Assembly: GCA_963738405.1 (NCBI GenBank)
Contig: CAVTWJ010000011.1
Location: 27,903 to 91,902 of the forward strand
Direction: 5' to 3'
DNA length: 64,000 bases
From: a candidate division FCPU426 bacterium
Lineage (GTDB): Bacteria; Oederibacteriota; Muellerivitia; Muellerivitales; Muellerivitaceae
Below are positions 9,499 to 18,437 of this stretch, piece by piece. The first letter of the stretch is position 1, and the number at the start of each line of letters is the position of its first letter. The notes under the pieces were generated by a model. That model was not told the origin of the DNA. It ran no database searches and saw nothing but the letters and a program-made list of their open reading frames with translations. The translations under genes and the position numbers were made by a program.

Positions 9499-12400
9499 AT
9501 GGCTTTCATGACGCGGCTTAAGTTACCTATCCCAGTCCTTTTGACTACTTTTTTATTGGGGTTTGCCCAGTTTTCCCTCCACGCCCAGTGCCTTGTCTCG
9601 GATACTTTTAATAACGAAATCTCACCTTCTTGGTCCGTGTCGGAAATAGGAGCCGCCACAGGTGGCGCCACGGTCCTGGGTTCGGCATTGACGTTAACAA
9701 GCACCGATCCTGGAATGCCGGGAGGCGTTGGAACGGTGTCGGACTCTTTTTATTATCTTTATCAATCTTCAACCGGTGATCCGGAAGTAACACTTCAAAT
9801 TGACACCATGCCGTCCACAAGTGGAGCGCTATTGGGTTTGATGTTTCGAAATAGTCCGGATGCCGGGGATGTTTTTGCCTTTGTGGGCGCCTCAACAACC
9901 TCAGCGGGCTCCGGCAAATTTTTTATGATGTCACGAATAGTCCCAGACGGTGATACAAGCTTTAATACCATTGGTGGCAATTGGACGAATGGATCTCCCG
10001 TTTATGTCCGGATGGTCAAGGCGGGCTCCTCATTTAACGCTTACTATTCCATTGATGGCAGTGCGTGGAGCAATCTAACGACCGTCAGCCCGAACTTCAA
10101 TTCATCGCCTTTCGAGGTTGGAGTGGCGCTGGCCTCAGCCAATACCATCACCGGCGATACCGGTTCGGTAAGCAACTTCAATGTTTTATCTGGGTTTTGT
10201 ACCCCGACGCCTACTTTGACGTTGACACCCTCACCATCTCCCACGGCTACTCCTTCTCCCACGAATTCCATAACCGATACCTTTACTTTAACCCAAACCC
10301 CGACTTTCACCTTGACGCAGACACCAACCGACACTACGACATTCACAACAACGCCGACGCCGTATGTTTTAAGCGTGGCGACAGTAACCGGAACTCCGGC
10401 CGATTCGACGCAGATACCCGGGACTCAAAACGTGGGGATCATGCAGTTCAGCGTGAACAACCCGGGAACTGCCGGGACGACGATATTTGGGTTTGTCTTG
10501 CAGTCGGTGGGGGACGGCGCCCAGATTTCGGAGGTCAATCTTCTGCAAGGAGGGGTTGGAGGGTCGCCTTTGGTGAGTAAGGCTTACGGCGGGTCGGGCT
10601 TGGTGACCTTGGGCGGAGGGCCATTGACGGTGTTGGGTAATGGGACGGTGACTTATGGTGTGAGCTATAACTTCCAGCCGAACGCTTCAACGGGCAGCTA
10701 CAGTGTTTCATTGACAGGTTTAAGGGGTTTGGATGATACAGGACAAGTACTGCAAGTGAATGGGGCGCCCCTTGGAGGCGCCATGATTAATATTGTTCTG
10801 CCAACCTCGACTCCAACGGCCACTCCGACCGCTACCTTAACCACCACCCCCACCTACACCCTTACCGATACATCTACTTTTACCAAGACTGAAACCCAAA
10901 CCTTTACGGAAACTCCAACCCCAACGGATACATTGACTTGGACCCAGACCCAAACACCTATTGACACACCGACCTTTACGCAAACGGCCACACCAACCTT
11001 TACACAGACTGCAACCCCCACGGATACGCAGACCGCTACGCCGACTTTTACGCAAACCGCCACACCAACGGAAACACAGACGGCCACTCCGACAGATACA
11101 CCGACTGCGACAGCAACCTTTACGCAGACGGCGACCCCGACCTTTACCCAGACTGAAACCCCGACCTTTACGCAGACCGCCACGCCTACCTTCACGCAAA
11201 CGGCCACCACGACCTCGACGGCGACGGTGACGCCGACGGTGGCACTGGCGCTTTCGTGGAACAATCAACCGGTCAGTCAGACCTATCTTTTCAATCAGAC
11301 CAACGTTTCAAGCCTGCAGTTGGTGCTTACCTCCACGGCGCAGGAGAACGTGGTAGTGAAGCAGTTGGCGTTTACGGGCGGGGGGAGCCTGAACTGGAGC
11401 ACGGACGTGGTGGCGGGGAGCGTGAGGCTGTACCAGGACGCCTCGGGGAATGGGCTTTATTCCGCGGGGACGGACACACTTCTCATGGGAGGACAGAGTT
11501 TCAACGCATCGGGGTCGGTGACCTTCCAGAACGTTAACGGGGTAACGGCGCCCTTGGCGTCGGGAGCGCCCCAGACTTTCCTGCTGGTATTTGACCTGAA
11601 TATGTCGGGATTGGCGACCAAGAACTTCTCGAACCTTTTGGCGAATTCCGGGATCACGGCCAATGGGCAGACAACGGGCCAGGCGGCCATCCTGTCGGGA
11701 GGGCCGGTCGGAGGGATTCTGCACACGGTATCGGCCGCGACGGCGACGCCGACGGTGACAACCACCTCGACGCCGACTGCAACAGCAACCTTTACGCAGA
11801 CGGCAACTCCTACGGATACCCAGACGGCCACGCCCACTCATACACAGACAGAGACGCCTACGTTCAGCCAAACGGCCACTCCTACGACGACACCGACCTT
11901 TACGCAAACCGCTACCTCTACGGATACACCAACGGCGACACAGACCTTTACCCAGACGGCGACCCCAACGGATACATTGACTTGGACCCAGACCCAAACA
12001 CCTACTGACACACCGACCTTTACGCAAACGGCCACACCAACCTTTACACAGACTGCAACCCCCACGGATACGCAGACCGCTACGCCGACTTTTACGCAAA
12101 CCGCCACACCAACGGAAACACAGACGGCCACTCCGACAGATACACCGACTGCGACAGCAACCTTTACGCAGACGGCGACCCCGACCTTTACCCAGACTGA
12201 AACCCCGACCTTTACGCAGACCGCCACGCCTACCTTCACGCAAACGGCCACCACGACCTCGACGGCGACGGTGACGCCGACGGTGGCACTGGCGCTTTCG
12301 TGGAACAATCAACCGGTCAGTCAGACCTATCTTTTCAATCAGACCAACGTTTCAAGCCTGCAGTTGGTGCTTACCTCCACGGCGCAGGAGAACGTGGTAG

Positions 12401-15400
12401 TGAAGCAGTTGGCGTTTACGGGCGGGGGGAGCCTGAACTGGAGCACGGACGTGGTGGCGGGGAGCGTGAGGCTGTACCAGGACGCCTCGGGGAATGGGCT
12501 TTATTCCGCGGGGACGGACACACTTCTCATGGGAGGACAGAGTTTCAACGCATCGGGGTCGGTGACCTTCCAGAACGTTAACGGGGTAACGGCGCCCTTG
12601 GCGTCGGGAGCGCCCCAGACTTTCCTGCTGGTATTTGACCTGAATATGTCGGGATTGGCGACCAAGAACTTCTCGAACCTTTTGGCGAATTCCGGGATCA
12701 CGGCCAATGGGCAGACAACGGGCCAGGCGGCCATCCTGTCGGGAGGGCCGGTCGGAGGGATTCTGCACACGGTATCGGCCGCGACGGCGACGCCGACGGT
12801 GACAACCACCTCGACGCCGACTGCAACAGCAACCTTTACGCAGACGGCAACTCCTACGGATACCCAGACGGCCACGCCCACTCATACACAGACAGAGACG
12901 CCTACGTTCAGCCAAACGGCCACTCCTACGACGACACCGACCTTTACGCAAACCGCTACCTCTACGGATACACCAACGGCGACACAGACCTTTACCCAGA
13001 CGGCGACCCCAACGGATACATTGACTTGGACCCAGACCCAAACACCTACTGACACACCGACCTTTACGCAAACGGCCACACCAACCTTTACACAGACTGC
13101 AACCCCCACGGATACGCAGACCGCTACGCCGACTTTTACGCAAACCGCCACACCAACGGAAACACAGACGGCCACTCCGACAGATACACCGACTGCGACA
13201 GCAACCTTTACGCAGACGGCGACCCCGACCTTTACCCAGACTGAAACCCCGACCTTTACGCAGACCGCCACGCCTACCTTCACGCAAACGGCCACCACGA
13301 CCTCGACGGCGACGGTGACGCCGACGGTGGCACTGGCGCTTTCGTGGAACAATCAACCGGTCAGTCAGACCTATCTTTTCAATCAGACCAACGTTTCAAG
13401 CCTGCAGTTGGTGCTTACCTCCACGGCGCAGGAGAACGTGGTAGTGAAGCAGTTGGCGTTTACGGGCGGGGGGAGCCTGAACTGGAGCACGGACGTGGTG
13501 GCGGGGAGCGTGAGGCTGTACCAGGACGCCTCGGGGAATGGGCTTTATTCCGCGGGGACGGACACACTTCTCATGGGAGGACAGAGTTTCAACGCATCGG
13601 GGTCGGTGACCTTCCAGAACGTTAACGGGGTAACGGCGCCCTTGGCGTCGGGAGCGCCCCAGACTTTCCTGCTGGTATTTGACCTGAATATGTCGGGATT
13701 GGCGACCAAGAACTTCTCGAACCTTTTGGCGAATTCCGGGATCACGGCCAATGGGCAGACAACGGGCCAGGCGGCCATCCTGTCGGGAGGGCCGGTCGGA
13801 GGGATTCTGCACACGGTATCGGCCGCGACGGCGACGCCGACGGTGACAACCACCTCGACGCCGACTGCAACAGCAACCTTTACGCAGACGGCCACGCTGA
13901 CCTTTACACAAACGGCGACACTGACCTTTACGCAAACCCAAACACCTACAGACACCCAGACCGCAACACAAACTTTCACGCAGACAGCTACGCCTACGTT
14001 CACCCAAACGGCCACCCCTACGGATACACCAACGGCGACAGCAACCTTTACGCAGACGGCGACTCCTACGGATACCCAGACGGCCACCCCCACCTTTACC
14101 CAGACGGCCACGCCGACCTTTACGCAAACGGCCACCCCAACAGATACACCGACTGCGACAGCAACCTTTACGCAAACGGCTACACCGACCTTTACACAAA
14201 CCGCCACCCAAACCTTTACGCAAACAGCCACGCCAACCTTTACACAGACTCAGACGCCGACCTTCACCCAGACCGCCACGCCGACCCAGACGCAAACGGC
14301 CACCACGACCTCGACGGCGACGGTGACGCCGACGGTGGCACTGGCACTTTCGTGGAACAATCAACCGGCCAGTCAGACCTATCTTTTCAACCAGAACAAC
14401 GTTTCAAGCGTGCAGTTCATCCTGGAGTCAACGGCACAGGAGAACGTGTTGGTTAAACAACTAGTGTTAACCGGAGGGGGAAGCCTGGGTTGGAGCACGG
14501 ACGTGGTGGCGGGGAGCGTGAGGCTGTACCAGGACGCCTCGGGGAATGGGCTTTATTCCGCGGGGACGGACACACTTCTCATGGGAGGACAGAGTTTCAA
14601 CGCATCGGGGTCGGTGACCTTCCAGAACGTTAACGGGGTAACGGCGCCCCTGGTGTCGGGAGCTCCCCAGACATTCCTTATTATATTTGACCTGAATATG
14701 ACGGGGCTGACGACCAAGAACTTCTCGAACAGCCTAGCCGTAGGCGGAATCACGGCCAATGGGCAGACAACAGGCCAGGCGGCCATCCTGTCGGGAGGCC
14801 CGATCACAGGAAATCTGCATACGGTATCAGCCGCGACGGCAACGCCAACGGTAACGACTACATCCACACCCACATCAACACCGACCTTTACTCAGACCCA
14901 AACTCCCACCTTTACCCAGACGGCCACTCCGACCTTTACCCAAACTCAAACGCCTACAGACACCCCCACCTACACCCAAACTACTACCCCTACCTTTACC
15001 CAAACCTACACTCCCACCTTCACCCAAACGGCAACACCGACTGATACCCAGACGGCAACCCAAACCTATACTCAAACCGCAACGCCCACCTTCACCCAAA
15101 CGGCCACTCCCACCGTCACCCAGACCCATACGGCCACCTTCACCCAAACGGCAACACCGACTGATACCCAGACGGCAACTACGACTTCAACTCAAACGGC
15201 CACCCCTACAGCCACTCAGACCCACACTCCAACTTTCACGCAGACGGCCACGCCTACCGTTACAGCAACATTCACTCAAACCGCGACAACGACTTCTACC
15301 GCCACGGTCACGCCAACTCCCACCGCAACCTTCCAGCCGCCAGTCTCGCTAGCCATTCTTCCTGTTACAAGTTCTCTAATAGCCGGACCCGCTGGAGCGC

Positions 15401-16806
15401 CCTTAACCGTTGAAGCCTTAAATACTTCTGGTTTTCCGGCTACCCTTCAAACAGCTTTGACCTTGAGCTTGACTTCAACTTCAACGGGACAGAACGCCTT
15501 TTCGTTTAGTTCCGCCGGAGCCCCGATACAAACGGTCAACTTGTTAGCTGGCTCGGTAGCTCAAGCCCAGGTTTACTACAGCGACTACAAGGCAGGTACA
15601 TGGAATTTGACACTTTCGGGATCGGGTTACAGCGCCGCCTCTACCCTCGTGACGGTCATTCCCGGCCCTTATAACGGGCTCCAAGTTCTATTGCCCGGAC
15701 AAACCGCCGATCCTGGACAGCCAACCGCCGATCACTTAGGACGCATTGGAAACCCCGCGGCCCAGGCGGCTGGGTCACCCGTGCAAGTTACCCTTAACGC
15801 GGTAGACGCCTATTTCAACCCGATAACTTCCAACAATGATTTTGTGACGTTGGTTTCGTCTGATCCGGCGATGCCAGCCGGTGGGTCGGTCAACCTGGTC
15901 AACGGAACGGGCTCAAAGCCTGTAACCTTTTACAGCCCGGGGAACCAGTCTGTCACCGCAACGGATGGAACAAAGAATGGAGTCAGCGACCTCTTAACCG
16001 TTCAGGGTGGCACCACTAGCACACTTTTGAATGTTGTTCACAATTCTCCGGCGCTTTCAGGTCAAGGCTTGGGGGCGGTTGGGGTAACCTTTATGACATT
16101 CCGGTTGACGGTTGGGAGCGGGACGGACCCCATCCAGTTGAATAACCTGGTCGTGCACGCGAGAGATTCAAATGGAACGGATGTGCCGTTCAATACAGCC
16201 CTTCAAAGCCTGTCCGTGTCCTCGGGCTCGCAAACGATAGTGACGTCTATGACCACGGTGAATTCGGCCATTGTCACCTTGGGCGCCTTTCCTACAGGAA
16301 CCTTCCTGGTAAATCCTGGAACCCCCGTGACTCTGGTTTTGTCCGCTGATATTTCCTCCGGAGCCACGGCGAGCAGTCTTTCATTGAGCTTGGACGCCGC
16401 AGGATCGGTTGCGGCTATCGATTCCGTATCACCCTTTCCGCCCGTGGCGGTCGTCAGTTCGGGCGATCCTACCGGGTTCCCCATGTCGTCTGGGGTGCTT
16501 ATCCTTGAGCCGGCAGACGTGGCGAAAACATTTGGCAACTATCCCAACCCCTTCCGCCCGGATGTCGAAAACACCACGATTGAATTTTATTTGCCAGCCC
16601 CCGCCAACGTTTCGCTGGTTTTGTATGATGTTCTTGGGAACAAGGTCTTGACGCTCTTAAACAGCCAAAACCTTCCCGCGGGCCTTCAACGCGAGATTTG
16701 GACCGGCCGAAACGGTGTGGGTTCCCAGGTACTGAGCGGAGTTTATTACGCCCAGCTCACCGTGAATGGAACGAATTATCTTTTGAAAGTGGCGGTGGTT
16801 AAATAG
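9499..16806 (+). CDS. Giant (2435 aa) secreted surface protein: lectin-like N-domain, repeated Ig-like domains, Thr-rich linkers, FlgD/T9SS-like CTD
   Basis: Signal peptide; ConA-like/DUF1349-type domain (GLMFRNS..VYVRMVKAGSSFNAYYSIDG..W); four copies of a ~170-aa domain; C-terminal NYPNPF..WTGRNGVGSQVLSGVYYA..KVAVVK. Confidence 0.85.
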   Translation: MAFMTRLKLPIPVLLTTFLLGFAQFSLHAQCLVSDTFNNEISPSWSVSEIGAATGGATVLGSALTLTSTDPGMPGGVGTVSDSFYYLYQSSTGDPEVTLQIDTMPSTSGALLGLMFRNSPDAGDVFAFVGASTTSAGSGKFFMMSRIVPDGDTSFNTIGGNWTNGSPVYVRMVKAGSSFNAYYSIDGSAWSNLTTVSPNFNSSPFEVGVALASANTITGDTGSVSNFNVLSGFCTPTPTLTLTPSPSPTATPSPTNSITDTFTLTQTPTFTLTQTPTDTTTFTTTPTPYVLSVATVTGTPADSTQIPGTQNVGIMQFSVNNPGTAGTTIFGFVLQSVGDGAQISEVNLLQGGVGGSPLVSKAYGGSGLVTLGGGPLTVLGNGTVTYGVSYNFQPNASTGSYSVSLTGLRGLDDTGQVLQVNGAPLGGAMINIVLPTSTPTATPTATLTTTPTYTLTDTSTFTKTETQTFTETPTPTDTLTWTQTQTPIDTPTFTQTATPTFTQTATPTDTQTATPTFTQTATPTETQTATPTDTPTATATFTQTATPTFTQTETPTFTQTATPTFTQTATTTSTATVTPTVALALSWNNQPVSQTYLFNQTNVSSLQLVLTSTAQENVVVKQLAFTGGGSLNWSTDVVAGSVRLYQDASGNGLYSAGTDTLLMGGQSFNASGSVTFQNVNGVTAPLASGAPQTFLLVFDLNMSGLATKNFSNLLANSGITANGQTTGQAAILSGGPVGGILHTVSAATATPTVTTTSTPTATATFTQTATPTDTQTATPTHTQTETPTFSQTATPTTTPTFTQTATSTDTPTATQTFTQTATPTDTLTWTQTQTPTDTPTFTQTATPTFTQTATPTDTQTATPTFTQTATPTETQTATPTDTPTATATFTQTATPTFTQTETPTFTQTATPTFTQTATTTSTATVTPTVALALSWNNQPVSQTYLFNQTNVSSLQLVLTSTAQENVVVKQLAFTGGGSLNWSTDVVAGSVRLYQDASGNGLYSAGTDTLLMGGQSFNASGSVTFQNVNGVTAPLASGAPQTFLLVFDLNMSGLATKNFSNLLANSGITANGQTTGQAAILSGGPVGGILHTVSAATATPTVTTTSTPTATATFTQTATPTDTQTATPTHTQTETPTFSQTATPTTTPTFTQTATSTDTPTATQTFTQTATPTDTLTWTQTQTPTDTPTFTQTATPTFTQTATPTDTQTATPTFTQTATPTETQTATPTDTPTATATFTQTATPTFTQTETPTFTQTATPTFTQTATTTSTATVTPTVALALSWNNQPVSQTYLFNQTNVSSLQLVLTSTAQENVVVKQLAFTGGGSLNWSTDVVAGSVRLYQDASGNGLYSAGTDTLLMGGQSFNASGSVTFQNVNGVTAPLASGAPQTFLLVFDLNMSGLATKNFSNLLANSGITANGQTTGQAAILSGGPVGGILHTVSAATATPTVTTTSTPTATATFTQTATLTFTQTATLTFTQTQTPTDTQTATQTFTQTATPTFTQTATPTDTPTATATFTQTATPTDTQTATPTFTQTATPTFTQTATPTDTPTATATFTQTATPTFTQTATQTFTQTATPTFTQTQTPTFTQTATPTQTQTATTTSTATVTPTVALALSWNNQPASQTYLFNQNNVSSVQFILESTAQENVLVKQLVLTGGGSLGWSTDVVAGSVRLYQDASGNGLYSAGTDTLLMGGQSFNASGSVTFQNVNGVTAPLVSGAPQTFLIIFDLNMTGLTTKNFSNSLAVGGITANGQTTGQAAILSGGPITGNLHTVSAATATPTVTTTSTPTSTPTFTQTQTPTFTQTATPTFTQTQTPTDTPTYTQTTTPTFTQTYTPTFTQTATPTDTQTATQTYTQTATPTFTQTATPTVTQTHTATFTQTATPTDTQTATTTSTQTATPTATQTHTPTFTQTATPTVTATFTQTATTTSTATVTPTPTATFQPPVSLAILPVTSSLIAGPAGAPLTVEALNTSGFPATLQTALTLSLTSTSTGQNAFSFSSAGAPIQTVNLLAGSVAQAQVYYSDYKAGTWNLTLSGSGYSAASTLVTVIPGPYNGLQVLLPGQTADPGQPTADHLGRIGNPAAQAAGSPVQVTLNAVDAYFNPITSNNDFVTLVSSDPAMPAGGSVNLVNGTGSKPVTFYSPGNQSVTATDGTKNGVSDLLTVQGGTTSTLLNVVHNSPALSGQGLGAVGVTFMTFRLTVGSGTDPIQLNNLVVHARDSNGTDVPFNTALQSLSVSSGSQTIVTSMTTVNSAIVTLGAFPTGTFLVNPGTPVTLVLSADISSGATASSLSLSLDAAGSVAAIDSVSPFPPVAVVSSGDPTGFPMSSGVLILEPADVAKTFGNYPNPFRPDVENTTIEFYLPAPANVSLVLYDVLGNKVLTLLNSQNLPAGLQREIWTGRNGVGSQVLSGVYYAQLTVNGTNYLLKVAVVK
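10918..13892 (+). repeat. 1044-bp near-perfect intragenic tandem repeat (~2.85 units), plus a diverged fourth domain copy at ~14290-14850
   Basis: ccaacggatacattgacttggacccag recurs at 10921, 11965 and 13009; identical shadow ORFs at 11256, 12300 and 13344. Confidence 0.95.
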
Positions 16807-18437
16807 TGAAAACTAACCGTCAAATTCTAAATTTAGGAGCGGCCATCTTTCTGGCTTGGATGGGGGTCCGGTCGGCTGTTCTCGGGCAGACCGCCGAGAC
16901 CGGTGGCGTGGTGGATCCATTCGAGCTTGGAGCTTCGGCAAGGATTTTGGGGATGGGAAACGCTGGGGTGGCCCTCACGGGGGATGGGGCCGGCTTTCTT
17001 CAAAATCCAGCACTTCTTTCCACCGTTAACCAGGATGAGCTGTTGACCTTTCACTCGCCTCTTTTCGTGGATACCCTTTATGACAGTGTTGGATTGGCCC
17101 TTCCGCTCTCTGGTTCCTCGGGCGTGGCGCTGAGCCTTTCCCGGCTTGGTGTGGATAATCTTTTTCTGACCCAAACCAATATTCAGCCGAGTTCAACCTT
17201 TTCCACTCAGGAATGGGAGGCGACGATCAGCCTCGGAGCTGAGATTTATCCGGGATTGGGAATGGGCATCCTCATGAAAGGGATTCAAGAGCAGATCGCC
17301 AATTATCAAGGAGAAGGGGTTGGCATGGACGCGGGAATGATTTACCGGTTCGCCCAATCCCGATTAGACTACTCGAAAATCGGGATTTTGAATTTAGATT
17401 TGGGTTTGGCGGTCGCGAACTTAATACCTCCCCAGGTAACCCTTTTTCAGACCCCGGACAATCCAGCCGAGATTATCAAGCCCTCTGTCGGATACCGTTA
17501 TGATATTTCGCAAAATGGCGACCGGTTGTGGATGGTTTTGGAAGGAGAGTTGACCCAGGGGGGGAGCAATCTGGTAAAGGCGGGGGCCGAATATTGTTTT
17601 CAAAATACCTTTTTTGTCCGGGCGGGGTTTGACGGCGTGAGTCCCACGGCGGGCGCTGGAGTGAGCCTAGCGGGCTTTGAGCTGGATTATGCCTATAACC
17701 AAAGGGATTTGGGGACACTTCACCGTTTTTCCCTGGCTTACCGTTTCGGGGAATACCTGGATCCGGTTAGGGCCCAAAAGCTGGATCTTTTGAAATGGGT
17801 TGCCAGAAACTATGACCAGGACAATGATTACCCGGCGGCGCTGAAAGCTTGGACGGATGTTCAAAAAGAGGAACCTGATGACCTTGAAGCTCCGAAGGCG
17901 ATCGAAAACCTTAAACAGCGCCGAGCCCAAGAGGTGGAGCTGCTCATGAAACAAGCCCGTCCCGCCATGCAAAAGGGCGATTATGCCAAGGGTGTGCCGC
18001 TTTTAGGGAAAGTGTTAGCCCTTGACCCAAGTAATTCTGAGGCCAAATCCCTGCTCCGGCATGTGGACAACCACATGGTTCTTGAAACCGACTATCTGGC
18101 TGGAGTGGAGGCCTACCGCCACGAAAACTATAAGGAAGCGGCCGATTATTTGGGAGAGGTCTACGATACCGATCCCAATTACCGGGACACGTCGGTCCTG
18201 TACCGTGACGCTCAAAGCCGGTTCCAACCTCTTGAGACCCTGCCAAAGGATCTTTCCGATCTATATTCTCAAGGTGTGGAATTTTATCTGAAAGGCCAGT
18301 ATGCGCAAGCCATCTCGGTTTGGCAGAAGGTATTGGCCCGTTCTCCCAAAAACAGGCTGGTCGAAAGAAACCTGGAAGAGGCTCGAAGCCGATTGGGCGA
18401 TTCCGTCCCCATTCCCCAAGCGACGGAGGCCCCGTGA
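16806..18437 (+). CDS. PorV/PorQ-like beta-barrel fused to C-terminal TPRs
   Basis: FELGASARILGMGNAGVAL..D...FLQNPALL, GMDAGMIY, LDYAY...DLGTLHRFSLAYRF, then TPR helices (KVLALDPSNSEA; YSQGVEFYLKGQYAQAISVWQKVL). Confidence 0.85.
   Translation: MKTNRQILNLGAAIFLAWMGVRSAVLGQTAETGGVVDPFELGASARILGMGNAGVALTGDGAGFLQNPALLSTVNQDELLTFHSPLFVDTLYDSVGLALPLSGSSGVALSLSRLGVDNLFLTQTNIQPSSTFSTQEWEATISLGAEIYPGLGMGILMKGIQEQIANYQGEGVGMDAGMIYRFAQSRLDYSKIGILNLDLGLAVANLIPPQVTLFQTPDNPAEIIKPSVGYRYDISQNGDRLWMVLEGELTQGGSNLVKAGAEYCFQNTFFVRAGFDGVSPTAGAGVSLAGFELDYAYNQRDLGTLHRFSLAYRFGEYLDPVRAQKLDLLKWVARNYDQDNDYPAALKAWTDVQKEEPDDLEAPKAIENLKQRRAQEVELLMKQARPAMQKGDYAKGVPLLGKVLALDPSNSEAKSLLRHVDNHMVLETDYLAGVEAYRHENYKEAADYLGEVYDTDPNYRDTSVLYRDAQSRFQPLETLPKDLSDLYSQGVEFYLKGQYAQAISVWQKVLARSPKNRLVERNLEEARSRLGDSVPIPQATEAP

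Noticed and set aside
18320..18433. Longer N-termini given by the ORF track (also 23410, 32332, 37190, 40757, 53222)
   Set aside because: They overlap upstream genes or lack an SD; downstream starts match SD motifs, signal peptides or family N-termini.
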